A stretch of 64,000 nucleotides of DNA from the NCBI RefSeq assembly GCF_009914755.1, contig NC_060925.1; one strand, 5' to 3'. Every line of letters begins with the position of its first letter. The stretch's first letter is position 1. This DNA is from the human T2T-CHM13v2.0 reference genome, Homo sapiens. The notes under the pieces are model-generated. The model saw only the letters and a program-made list of their open reading frames with translations, had not been told where the DNA came from and did not search any database. This document shows, in pieces, positions 27,701 through 42,972 of this stretch. The position numbers and the translations under genes were made by a program.

Positions 27701-30700
27701 GGATTCATTGAATGGAATCAGATGGAATCATCGAATGGACTGGAATGGAATCATTGAATGGACTCGAAAGGGATCATGATTGAATGGAATTGAATGGAAT
27801 CATCGAATGGTCTCGATTGGAATCATTATCAAATGGAATCGAATGGAATCACCGAATAGAATCGAATGGAACAATCATCGAATGGACTCAAATGGAATTA
27901 TCCTCAAATGGAATCGAATGGAATTATCGAATGCAATCGAATGGAATTATCGAATGCAATCGAATAGAATCATCGAATGGACTCGAATGGAATCATCGAA
28001 TGGAATGGAATGGAACAGTCAATGAACTCGAATGGAATCATCATTGAATGGAATCGAATGGAATCATCGAGTGGAATCGAATGGAATTATGATCAAATGG
28101 AATCGAATGTAATCATCATCAAATGGAATCAAAAATAACCATCATCAATTGGTATTGAATGGAATTGTCATCAAATGGAATTCAAAGGAATCATCATCAA
28201 ATGGAACCGAATGGAATCCTCATTGAATGGAAATGAAAGGGGTCATCATCTAATGGAATCGGATGGAATCATCATCAAATGGAATCGAATGGAATCATCA
28301 TCAAATGGAATCTAATGGAATCATTGAACAGAATTGAATGGAATCGTCATCGAATGAATTGAATGCAATCATCGAATGGTCTCGAATGGAATCATCTTCT
28401 AATGGAAAGGAATGGAATCATCGCATAGAATCGAATGGAATTATCATCGAATGGAATCGAATGGTATCAACACCAAACGGAAAAAAACGGAATTATCGAA
28501 TGGAATCGTAGAGAATCTTCGAACGGACCCGAATGGAATCATCTAATGGAATGGAATGGAATAATCCATGGACTCGAATGCAATCATCATCGAATGGAAT
28601 CGAATGGAATCATCGAATGGACTCGAATGGAATAATCATTGAACGGAATCGAATGGAATCATCATCGGATGGAAACGAATGGAATCATCATCGAATGGAA
28701 ATGAAAGGAGTCATCATCTAATGGAATTGCATGGAATCATCATAAAATGGAATCGAATGGAATCAACATCAAATGGAATCAAATGGAATCATTGAACGGA
28801 ATTGAATGGAATCGTCATCGAATGAATTGAATGCAATCATCGAATGGTCTCGAATGGAATCATCTTCAAATGGAATGGAATGGAATCATCGCATAGAATC
28901 GAATGGAATTATCATCGAATGGAATCGAATGGAATCAACATCCAACGGAAAAAAACGGAATTATCGAATGGAATCGAAGAGAATCATCGAATGGACCCGA
29001 ATGGAATCATCTAATGGAATGGAATGGAATAATCCATGGACTCGAATGCAATCATCATCGAATGGAATCGAATGGAATCATCGAATGGACTCGAATGGAA
29101 TAATCATTGAACGGAATCGAATGGAATCATCATCGGATGGAAACGAATGGAATCATCATCGAATGGAATCGAATAGAATTATGGAATGAAATCCAGTGTG
29201 ATCATCATCGAATGGACCCGAATGGAATCATCATCCAACGGAAGCTAATGGAATCAACATCGAATGAATCAAATGGAAACACCATCGAATTGAAACGAAT
29301 GGAATTATCATGAAATTGAAATGGATGGACTCATCATCGAATGGATTCGAATGGAATCATCGAATAAAATTGATTGAAATCATCATCGAATGGAATCGAA
29401 TGGTATCATTGAATGGAATCGAATGGAATCATCATCAGATGGAAATGAATGGAATCGTCATAGAATGGAATCGAATGGATTCATTGAATGGAATCAGATG
29501 GAATCATCGAATGGACTGGAATGGAATCATTGAATGGACTCGAAAGGGATCATTATTGAATGGAATTGAATGGAATCATTGAATGGTCTCGATTGGAATC
29601 ATTATCAAATGGAATCGAATGGAATCACCGAATAGAATCGTATAGAACAATCATCGAATGGACTCAAATGGAATTATCCTCCAATGGAATCGAATGGAAT
29701 TATCGAATGCAATCGAATGGAATTATCGAATGCAATCGAATAGAATCATCGAATGGACTCGAATGGAATCATCGAATGGAATGGAATGGAACAGTCAATG
29801 AACTCGAATGGAATCATCATTGAATGGAATCGAATGGAATCATCGAGTGGAATCGAATGGAATTATGATCAAATGGAATCGAATGTAATCATCATCAAAT
29901 GGAATCAAAAATAACCATCATCAATTGGTATTGAATGGAATTGTCATCAAATGGAATTCAAAGGAATCATCATCAAATGGAACCGAATGGAATCCTCATT
30001 GAATGGAAATGAAAGGGGTCATCATCTAATGGAATCGCATGGAATCATCATCAAATGGAATCGAATGGAATCATCATCAAATGGAATCTAATGGAATCAT
30101 TGAACAGAATTGAATGGAATCGTCATCGAATGAATTGAATGCAATCATCGAATGGTCTCGAATGGAATCATCTTCTAATGGAAAGGAATGGAATCATCAC
30201 ATAGAATCGAATGGAATTATCATCGAATGGAATCGAATGGTATCAACACCAAACGGAAAAAAACGGAATTATCGAATGGAATCGAAGAGAATCTTCGAAC
30301 GGACCCGAATGGAATCATCTAATGGAATGGAATGGAATAATCCATGGACTCGAATGCAATCATCATCGAATGGAATGGAATGGAATCATCGAATGGACTC
30401 GAATGGAATAATCATTGAACGGAATCGAATGGAATCATCATCGGATGGAAACGAATGGAATCATCATCGAATGGAAATGAAAGGAGTCATCATCTAATGG
30501 AATTGCATGGAATCATCATAAAATGGAATCGAATGGAATCAACATCAAATGGAATCAAATGGAATCATTGAACGGAATTGAATGGAATCGTCATCGAATG
30601 AATTGACTGCAATCATCGAATGGTCTCGAATGGAATCATCTTCAAATGGAATGGAATGGAATCATCGCATAGAATCGAATGGAATTATCATCGAATGGAA

Positions 30701-31889
30701 TCGAATGGAATCAACATCCAACGGAAAAAAACGGAATTATCGAATGGAATCGAAGAGAATCATCGAATGGACCCGAATGGAATCATCTAATGGAATGGAG
30801 TGGAATAATCCATGGACTCGAATGCAATCATCATCGAATGGAATCGAATGGAATCATCGAATGGACTCGAATGGAATAATCATTGAACGGAATCGAATGG
30901 AATCATCATCGGATGGAAATGAATGGAATCATCATCGAATGGAATCGAATAGAATTATGGAATGAAATCCAGTGTGATCATCATCGAAAGGACCCGAATG
31001 GAATCATCATCCAACGGAAGCTAATGGAATCAACATCGAATGAATCGAATGGAAACACCATCGAATTGAAACGAATGGAATTATCATGAAATTGAAATGG
31101 ATGGACTCATCATCGAATGGATTCGAATGGAATCATCGAATAAAATTGATTGAAATCATCATCCAATGGAATCGAATGGTATCATTGAATGGAATCGAAT
31201 GGAATCATCATCAGATGGAAATGAATGGAATCGTCATAGAATGGAATCGAATGGATTCATTGAATGGAATCAGATGGAATCATCGAATGGACTGCAATGG
31301 AATCATTGAATGGACTCGAAAGGGATCATGATTGAATGGAATTGAATGGAATCATCGAATGGTCTCGATTGGAATCATTATCAAATGGAATCGAATGGAA
31401 TCACCGAATAGAATCGAATGGAACAATCATCGAATGGACTCAAATGGAATTATCCTCAAATGGAATCGAATGGAATTATCGAATGCAATCGAATGGAATT
31501 ATCGAATGCAATCGAATAGAATCATCGAAAGGACTCGAATGGAATCATCGAATGGAATGGAATGGAACAGTCAATGAACTCGAATGGAATCATCATTGAA
31601 TGGAATCGAATGGAATCATCGAGTGGAATCGAATGGAATTATGATCAAATGGAATCAAATGTAATCATCATCAAATGGAATCAAAAATAACCATCATCAA
31701 TTGGTATTGAATGGAATTGTCATCAAATGGAATTCAAAGGAATCATCATCAAATGGAACCGAATGGAATCCTCATTGAATGGAAATGAAAGGGGTCATCA
31801 TCTAATGGAATCGCATGGAATCATCATCAAATGGAATCGAATGGAATCATCATCAAATGGAATCTAATGGAATCATTGAACAGAATTGA

Positions 31890-32952
31890 ATGGAATCGTC
31901 ATCGAATGAATTGAATGCAATCATCGAATGGTCTCGAATGGAATCATCTTCTAATGGAAAGGAATGGAATGATCGCATAGAATCGAATGGAATTATCATC
32001 GAATGGAATCGAATGGTATCAACACCAAACGGAAAAAAACGGAATTATCGAATGGAATCGAAGAGAATCTTCGAACGGACCCGAATGGAATCATCTAATG
32101 GAATGGAATGGAATAATCCATGGACTCGAATGCAATCATCATCGAATGGAATGGAATGGAATCATCGAATGGACTCGAATGGAATAATCATTGAACGGAA
32201 TCGAATGGAATCATCATCGGATGGAAACGAATGGAATCATCATCGAATGGAAATGAAAGGAGTCATCATCTAATGGAATTGCATGGAATCATCATAAAAT
32301 GGAATCGAATGGAATCAACATCAAATGGAATCAAATGGAATCATTGAACGGAATTGAATGGAATCGTCATCGAATGAATTGACTGCAATCATCGAATGGT
32401 CTCGAATGGAATCATCTTCAAATGGAATGGAATGGAATCATCGCATAGAATCGAATGGAATTATCATCGAATGGAATCGAATGGAATCAACATCAAACGG
32501 AAAAAAACGGAATTATCGAATGGAATCGAAGAGAATCATCGAATGGACCCGAATGGAATCATCTAATGGAATGGAATGGAATAATCCATGGACTCGAATG
32601 CAATCATCATCGAATGGAATCGAATGGAATCATCGAATGAACTCGAATGGAATCATCATTGAATGGAATCGAATGGAATCATCGAGTGGAATCGAATGGA
32701 ATTATGATCAAATGGAATCGAATGTAATCATCATCAAATGGAATCAAAAATAACCATCATCAATTGGTATTGAATGGAATTGTCATCAAATGGAATTCAA
32801 AGGAATCATCATCAAATGGAACCGAATGGAATCCTCATTGAATGGAAATGAAAGGGGTCATCATCTAATGGAATCGCATGGAATCATCATCAAATGGAAT
32901 CGAATGGAATCATCATCAAATGGAATCTAACGGAATCATTGAACAGAATTGA
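31890..32952 (+). repeat. Short unit, 1,063 bp
   Basis: 713-bp deletion junction at ~32636; no 4-bp deletion. Confidence 0.92.
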
Positions 32953-35900
32953 ATGGAATCGTCATCGAATGAATTGAATGCAATCATCGAATGGTCTCGA
33001 ATGGAATCATCTTCTAATGGAAAGGAATGGAATCATCGCATAGAATCGAATGGAATTATCATCGAATGGAATCGAATGGTATCAACACCAAACGGAAAAA
33101 AACGGAATTATCGAATGGAATCGAAGAGAATCTTCGAACGGACCCGAATGGAATCATCTAATGGAATGGAATGGAATAATCCATGGACTCGAATGCAATC
33201 ATCATCGAATGGAATCGAATGGAATCATCGAATGGACTCGAATGGAATAATCATTGAACGGAATCGAATGGAATCATCATCGGATGGAAACGAATGGAAT
33301 CATCATCGAATGGAAATGAAAGGAGTCATCACTAATGGAATTGCATGGAATCATCATAAAATGGAATCGAATGGAATCAACATCAAATGGAATCAAATGG
33401 AATCATTGGACGGAATTGAATGGAATCGTCATCGAATGAATTGAATGCAATCATCGAATGGTCTCGAATGGAATCATCTTCAAATGGAATGGAATGGAAT
33501 CATCGCATAGAATCGAATGGAATTATCATCGAATGGAATCGAATGGAATCAACATCCAACGGAAAAAAACGGAATTATCGAATGGAATCGAAGAGAATCA
33601 TCGAATGGACCCGAATGGAATCATCTAATGGAATGGAATGGAATAATCCATGGACTCGAATGCAATCATCATCGAATGGAATCGAATGGAATCATCGAAT
33701 GGACTCGAATGGAATAATCATTGAACGGAATCGAATGGAATCATCATCGGATGGAAATGAATGGAATCATCATCGAATGGAATCGAATAGAATTATGGAA
33801 TGAAATCCAGTGTGATCATCATCGAATGGACCCGAATGGAATCATCATCCAACGGAAGCTAATGGAATCAACATCGAATGAATCAAATGGAAACACCATC
33901 GAATTGAAACGAATGGAATTATCATGAAATTGAAATGGATGGACTCATCATCGAATGGATTCGAATGGAATCATCGAATAAAATTGATTGAAATCATCAT
34001 CGAATGGAATCGAATGGTATCATTGAATGGAATCGAATGGAATCATCATCAGATGGAAATGAATGGAATCGTCATAGAATGGAATCGAATGGATTCATTG
34101 AATGGAATCAGATGGAATCATCGAATGGACTGGAATGGAATCATTGAATGGACTCGAAAGGGATCATTATTGAATGGAATTGAATGGAATCATTGAATGG
34201 TCTCGATTGGAATCATTATCAAATGGAATCGAATGGAATCACCGAATAGAATCGAATGGAACAATCATCGAATGGACTCAAATGGAATTATCCTCAAATG
34301 GAATCGAATGGAATTATCGAATGCAATCGAATGGAATTATCGAATGCAATTGAATAGAATCATCGAATGGACTCGAATGGAATCATCGAATGGAATGGAA
34401 TGGTACAGTCAATGAACTCGAATGGAATCATCATTGAATGGAATCGAATGGAATCATCGAGTGGAATCGAATGGAATTATGATCAAATGGAATCGAATGT
34501 AATCATCATCAAATGGAATCAAAAATAACCATCATCAATTGGTATTGAATGGAATTGTCATCAAATGGAATTCAAAGGAATCATCATCAAATGGAACCGA
34601 ATGGAATCCTCATTGAATGGAAATGAAAGGGGTCATCATCTAATGGAATCGCATGGAATCATCATCAAATGGAATCGAATGGAATCATCATCAAATGGAA
34701 TCTAATGGAATCATTGAACAGAATTGAATGGAATCGTCATCGAATGAATTGAATGCAATCATCGAATGGTCTCGAATGGAATCATCTTCTAATGGAAAGG
34801 AATGGAATCATCGCATAGAATCGAATGGAATTATCATCGAATGGAATCGAATGGTATCAACACCAAACGGAAAAAAACGGAATTATCGAATGGAATCGAA
34901 GAGAATCTTCGAACGGACCCGAATGGAATCATCTAATGGAATGGAATGGAATAATCCATGGAATCGAATGCAATCATCATCGAATGGAATCGAATGGAAT
35001 CATCGAATGGACTCGAATGGAATAATCATTGAACGGAATCGAATGGAATCATCATCGGATGGAAACGAATGGAATCATCATCGAATGGAAATGAAAGGAG
35101 TCATCATCTAATGGAATTGCATGGAATCATCATAAAATGGAATCGAATGGAATCAACATCAAATGGAATCAAATGGAATCATTGAACGGAATTGAATGGA
35201 ATCGTCATCGAATGAATTGACTGCAATCATCGAATGGTCTCGAATGGAATCATCTTCAAATGGAATGGAATGGAATCATCGCATAGAATCGAATGGAATT
35301 ATCATCGAATGGAATCGAATGGAATCAACATCCAACGGAAAAAAACGGAATTATCGAATGGAATCGAAGAGAATCATCGAATGGACCCGAATGGAATCAT
35401 CTAATGGAATGGAATGGAATAATCCATGGACTCGAATGCAATCATCATCGAATGGAATCGAGTGGAATCATCGAATGGACTCGAATGGAATAATCATTGA
35501 ACGGAATCGAATGGAATCATCATCGGATGGAAATGAATGGAATCATCATCGAATGGAATCGAATAGAATTATGGAATGAAATCCAGTGTGATCATCATCG
35601 AATGGACCCGAATGGAATCATCATCCAACGGAAGCTAATGGAATCAACATCGAATGAATCAAATGGAAACACCATCGAATTGAAACGAATGGAATTATCA
35701 TGAAATTGAAATGGATGGACTCATCATCGAATGGATTCGAATGGAATCATCGAATAAAATTGATTGAAATCATCATCGAATGGAATCGAATGGTATCATT
35801 GAATGGAATCGAATGGAATCATCATCAGATGGAAATGAATGGAATCGTCATAGAATGGAATCGAATGGATTCATTGAATGGAATCAGATGGAATCATCGA

Positions 35901-36503
35901 ATGGACTGGAATGGAATCATTGAATGGACTCGAAAGGGATCATTATTGAATGGAATTGAAAGGAATCATTGAATGGTCTCGATTGGAATCATTATCAAAT
36001 GGAATCGAATGGAATCACCGAATAGAATCGAATGGAACAATCATCGAATGGACTCAAATGGAATTATCCTCAAATGGAATCGAATGGAATTATCGAATGC
36101 AATCGAATGGAATTATCGAATGCAATCGAATAGAATCATCGAATGGACTCGAATGGAATCATCGAATGGAATGGAATGGTACAGTCAATGAACTCGAGTG
36201 GAATCATCATTGAATGGAATCGAATGGAATCATCGAGTGGAATCGAATGGAATTATGATCAAATGGAATCGAATGTAATCATCATCAAATGGAATCAAAA
36301 ATAACCATCATCAATTGGTATTGAATGGAATTGTCATCAAATGGAATTCAAAGGAATCATCATCAAATGGAACCGAATGGAATCCTCATTGAATGGAAAT
36401 GAAAGGGGTCATCATCTAATGGAATCGCATGGAATCATCATCAAATGGAATCGAATGGAATCATCATCAAATGGAATCTAATGGAATCATTGAACAGAAT
36501 TGA

Positions 36504-38747
36504 ATGGAATCGTCATCGAATGAATTGAATGCAATCATCGAATGGTCTCGAATGGAATCATCTTCTAATGGAAAGGAATGGAATCATCGCATAGAATCGA
36601 ATGGAATTATCATCGAATGGAATCGAATGGTATCAACACCAAACGGAAAAAAACGGAATTATCGAATGGAATCGAAGAGAATCTTCGAACGGACCCGAAT
36701 GGAATCATCTAATGGAATGGAATGGAATAATCCATGGACTCGAATGCAATCATCATCGAATGGAATCGAATGGAATCATCGAATGGACTCGAATGGAATA
36801 ATCATTGAACGGAATCGAATGGAATCATCATCGGATGGAAACGAATGGAATCGTCATCGAATGGAAATGAAAGGAGTCATCATCTAATGGAATTGCATGG
36901 AATCATCATAAAATGGAATCGAATGGAATCAACATCAAATGGAATCAAATGGAATCATTGAACGGAATTGAATGGAATCGTCATCGAATGAATTGACTGC
37001 AATCATCGAATGGTCTCGAATGGAATCATCTTCAAATGGAATGGAATGGAATCATCGCATAGAATCGAATGGAATTATCATCGAATGGGATCGAATGGAA
37101 ACAACATCAAACGGAAAAAAACGGAATTATCGTATGGAATCGAAGAGAATCATCGAATGGACCCGAATGGAATCATCTAATGGAATGGAATGGAATAATC
37201 CATGGACTCGAATGCAGTCATCATCGAATGAAATCGAATGGAATCATCGAATGGACTCGAATGGAATAATCATTGAACGGAATCGAATGGAATCATCATC
37301 GGATGGAAATGAATGGAATCATCATCGAGTGGAAATGAAAGGAGTCATCATCTAATGCAATTGCATGGAATCATCATAAAATGGAATCGAATGGAATCAA
37401 CATCAAATGGAATCTAATGGAATCATTGAACAGAATTGAATGGAATCGTCATCGAATGAATTGACTGCAATCATCGAATGGTCTCGAATGGAATCATCTT
37501 CAAATGGAATGGAATGGAATCATCGCATAGAATCGAATGGAATTATCATCGAATGGAATCGAATGGAATCAACATCAAACGGAAAAAAACGGAATTATCG
37601 AATGGAATCGAAGAGAATCATCGAATGGACCCGAATGGAATCATCTAATGGAATGGAATGGAATAATCCATGGACTCGAATGCAATCATCATCGAATGGA
37701 ATCGAATGGAATCATCGAATGGACTCGAATGGAATAATCATTGAACGGAATCGAATGGAATCATCATCGGATGGAAATGAATGGAATCATCATCGAATGG
37801 AATCGAATAGATTTATGGAATGAAATCCAGTGTGATCATCATCGAATGGACCCGAATGGAATCATCATCCAACGGAAGCTAATGGAATCAACATCGAATG
37901 AATCAAATGGAAACACCATCGAATTGAAACGAATGGAATTATCATGAAATTGAAATGGATGGACTCATCATCGAATGGATTCGAATGGAATCATCGAATA
38001 AAATTGATTGAAATCATCATCGAATGGAATCGAATGGTATCATTGAATGGAATCGAATGGAATCATCATCAGATGGAAATGAATGGAATCGCCATAGAAT
38101 GGAATCGAATGGATTCATTGAATGGAATCAGATGGAATCATCGAATGGACTGGAATGGAATCATTGAATGGACTCGAAAGGGATCATGATTGAATGGAAT
38201 TGAATGGAATCATCGAATGGTCTCGATTCGAATCATTATCAAATGGAATCGAATGGAATCACCGAATAGAATCGAATGGAACAATCATCGAATGGACTCA
38301 AATGGAATTATCCTCAAATGGAATCGAATGGAATTATCGAATGCAATCGAATGGAATTATCGAATGCAATCGAATAGAATCATCGAATGGACTCGAATGG
38401 AATCATCGAATGGAATGGAATGGAACAGTCAATGAACTCGAATGGAATCATCATTGAATGGAATCGAATGGAATCATCGAGTGGAATCGAATGGAATTAT
38501 GATCAAATGGAATCGAATGTAATCATCATCAAATGGAATCAAAAATAACCATCATCAATTGGTATTGAATGGAATTGTCATCAAATGGAATTCAAAGGAA
38601 TCATCATCAAATGGAACCGAATGGAATCCTCATTGAATGGAAATGAAAGGGGTCATCATCTAATGGAATCACATGGAATCATCATCAAATGGAATCGAAG
38701 GGAATCATCATCAAATGGAATCGAATGGAATCATTGAACAGAATTGA
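36504..38747 (+). repeat. 2,244-bp unit with an extra 468-bp subunit
   Basis: Subunit starts at 36504, 36972 and 37440. Confidence 0.92.
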
Positions 38748-40133
38748 ATGGAATCGTCATCGAATGAATTGAATGCAATCATCGAATGGTCTCGAATGGA
38801 ATCATCTTCTAATGGAAAGGAATGGAATCATCGCATAGAATCGAATGGAATTATCATCGAATGGAATCGAATGGTATCAACACCAAACGGAAAAAAACGG
38901 AATTATCGAATGGAATCGAACAGAATCTTCGAACGGACCCGAATGGAATCATCTAATGGAATGGAATGGAATAATCCATGGACTCGAATGCAATCATCAT
39001 CGAATGGAATCGAATGGAATCATCGAATGGACTCGAATGGAATAATCATTTAACGGAATCGAATGGAATCATTATCAGATGGAAACGAATGGAATCATCA
39101 TCGAATGGAAATGAAAGGAGTCATCATCTAATGGAATTGCATGGAATCATCACAAAATGGAATCGAATGGAATCATCATCGAATGGAATCGAATAGAATT
39201 ATGGAATGAAATCCAGTGTGATCATCATCGAATGGACCCGAATACAATCATCATCCAACGGAAGCTAATGGAATCAACATCGAATGAATCGAATGGAAAC
39301 ACCATCGAATTGAAACGAATGGAATTATCATGAAATTGAAATGGATGGACTCATCATCGAATGGATTCGAATGGAATCATCGAATAAAATTGATTGAAAT
39401 CATCATCAAATGGAATCGAATGGTATCATTGAATGGAATCGAATGGAATCATCATCAGATGGAAATGAATGGAATCGTCATAGAATGGAATCGAATGGAT
39501 TCATTGAATGGAATCAGATGGAATCATCGAATGGACTGGAATGGAATCATTGAATGGACTCGAAAGGGATCATTATTGAATGGAATTGAATGGAATCATC
39601 GAATGGTCTCGATTGGAATCATTATCAAATGGAATCGAATGGAATCACCGAATAGAATCGAATGGAACAATCATCGAATGGACTCAAATGGAATTATCCT
39701 CAAATGGAATCGCATGGAATTATTGAATGCAATCGAATGGAATTATCGAATGCAATCGAATAGAATCATCGAATGGACTCGAATGGAATCATCGAATGGA
39801 ATGGAATGGAACAGTCAATGAACTCGAATGGAATCATCATTGAATGGAATCGAATGGAATCATCGAGTGGAATCGAATGGAATTATGATCAAATGGAATC
39901 GAATGTAATCATCATCAAATGGAATCAAAAATAACCATTATCAATTGGTATTGAATGGAATTGTCATCAAATGGAATTCAAAGGAATCATCATCAAATGG
40001 AACCGAATGGAATCCTCATTGAATGGAAATGAAAGGGGTCATCATCTAATGGAATCGCATGGAATCATCATCAAATGGAATCGAATGGAATCATCATCAA
40101 ATGGAATCTAATGGAATCATTGAACAGAATTGA
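38748..40133 (+). repeat. 1,386-bp unit lacking most of subunit B (390-bp deletion)
   Basis: The A tail (cacaaaatggaatcgaatggaatca) runs directly into tcatcgaatggaatcgaatagaattatgg at ~39165-39200. Confidence 0.9.
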
Positions 40134-41909
40134 ATGGAATCGTCATCGAATGAATTGAATGCAATCATCGAATGGTCTCGAATGGAATCATCTTCTAATG
40201 GAAAGGAATGGAATCATCGCATAGAATCGAATGGAATTATCATCGAATGGAATCGAATGGTATCAACACCAAACGGAAAAAAACGGAATTATCGAATGGA
40301 ATCGAAGAGAATCTTCGAACGGACCCGAATGGAATCATGTAATGGAATGGAATGGAATAATCCATGGACTCGAATGCAATCATCATCGAATGGAATCGAA
40401 TGGAATCATCGAATGGACTCGAATGGAATAATCATTGAACGGAATCGAATGGAATCATCATCGGATGGAAACGAATGGAATCATCATCGAATGGAAATGA
40501 AAGGAGTCATCATCTAATGGAATTGCATGGAATCATCATAAAATGGAATCGAATGGAATCAACATCAAATGGAATCAAATGCAATCATTGAACGGAATTG
40601 AATGGAATCGTCATCGAATGAATTGACTGCAATCATCGAATGGTCTCCAATGGAATCATCTTCAAATGGAATGGAATGGAATCATCGCATAGAATCGAAT
40701 GGAATTATCATAGAATGGAATCGAATGGAATCAACATCAAACGGAAAAAAACGGAATTATCGAATGGAATCGAAGAGAATCATCGAATGGACCCGAATGG
40801 AATCATGTAATGGAATGGAATGGAATAATCCATGGACTCGAATGCAATCATCATCGAATGGAATCGAATGGAATCATCGAATGGACTCGAATGGAATAAT
40901 CATTGAACGGAATCGAATGGAATCATCATCGGATGGAAATGAATGGAATCATCATCGAATGGAATCGAATAGAATTATGGAATGAAATCCAGTGTGATCA
41001 TCATCGAATGGACCCGAATGGAATCATCATCCAACGGAAGCTAATGGAATCAACATCGAATGAATCGAATGGAAACACCATCGAATTGAAACGAATGGAA
41101 TTATCATGAAATTGAAATGGAAGGACTCATCATCGAATGGATTCGAATGGAATCATCGAATAAAATTGATTGAAATCATCATCGAATGGAATCGAATGGT
41201 ATCATTGAATGGAATCGAATGGAATCATCATCAGATGGAAATGAATGGAATCGTCATAGAATGGAATCGAATGGATTCATTGAATGGAATCAGATGGAAT
41301 CATCGAATGGACTGGAATGGAATCATTGAATGGACTCGAAAGGGATCATGATTGAATGGAATTGAATGGAATCATCGAATGGTCTCGATTGGAATCATTA
41401 TCAAAGGGAATCGAATGGAATCACCGAATAGAATCGAATGGAACAATCATCGAATGGACTCAAATGGAATTATCCTCAAATGGAATCGAATGGAATTATC
41501 GAATGCAATCGAATGGAATTATCGAATGCAATCGAATAGAATCATCGAATGGACTGGAATGGAATCATCGAATGGAATGGAATGGAACAGTCAATGAACA
41601 CGAATGGAATCATCATTGAATGGAATCGAATGGAATCATCGAGTGGAATCGAATGGAATTATGATCAAATGGAATCGAATGTAATCATCATCAAATGGAA
41701 TCAAAAATAACCATCATCAATTGGTATTGAATGGAATTGTCATCAAATGGAATTCAAAGGAATCATCATCAAATGGAACCGAATGGAATCCTCATTGAAT
41801 GGAAATGAAAGGGGTCATCATCTAATGGAATCGCATGGAATCATCATCAAATGGAATCGAATGGAATCATCATCAAATGGAATCTAATGGAATCATTGAA
41901 CAGAATTGA

Positions 41910-42972
41910 ATGGAATCGTCATCGAATGAATTGAATGCAATCATCGAATGGTCTCGAATGGAATCATCTTCTAATGGAAAGGAATGGAATCATCGCATAG
42001 AATCGAATGGAATTATCATCGAATGGAATCGAATGGTATCAACACCAAACGGAAAAAAACGGAGTTATCGAATGGAATCGAAGAGAATCTTCGAACGGAC
42101 CCGAATGGAATCATCTAATGGAATGGAATGGAATAATCCATGGACTCGAATGCAATCATCATCGAATGGAATCGAATGGAATCATCGAATGGACTCGAAT
42201 GGAATAATCATTGAACGGAATCGAATGGAATCATCATCGGATGGAAACGAATGGAATCATCATCGAATGGAAATGAAAGGAGTCATCATCTAATGGAATT
42301 GCATGGAATCATCATAAAATGGAATCGAATGGAATCAACATCAAATGGAATCAAATGGAATCATTGAACGGAATTGAATGGAATCGTCATCGAATGAATT
42401 GACTGCAATCATCGAATGGTCTCGAATGGAATCATCTTCAAATGGAATGGAATGGAATCATCGCATAGAATCGAATGGAATTATCATCGAATGGAATCGA
42501 ATGGAATCAACATCAAACGGAAAAAAACGGAATTATCGAATGGAATCGAAGAGAATCATCGAATGGACCCGAATGGAATCATCTAATGGAATGGAATGGA
42601 ATAATCCATGGACTCGAATGCAATCATCATCGAATGGAATCGAATGGAATCATCGAATGAACTCGAATGGAATCATCATTGAATGGAATCGAATGGAATC
42701 ATCGAGTGGAATCGAATGGAATTATGATCAAATGGAATCGAATGTAATCATCATCAAATGGAATCAAAAATAACCATCATCAATTGGTATTGAATGGAAT
42801 TGTCATCAAATGGAATTCAAAGGAATCATCATCAAATGGAACCGAATGGAATCCTCATTGAATGGAAATGAAAGGGGTCATCATCTAATGGAATCGCACG
42901 GAATCATCATCAAATGGAATCGAATGGAATCATCATCAAATGGAATCTAATGGAATCATTGAACAGAATTGA
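41910..42972 (+). repeat. Short unit, 1,063 bp
   Basis: 713-bp deletion junction at ~42656. Confidence 0.92.
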
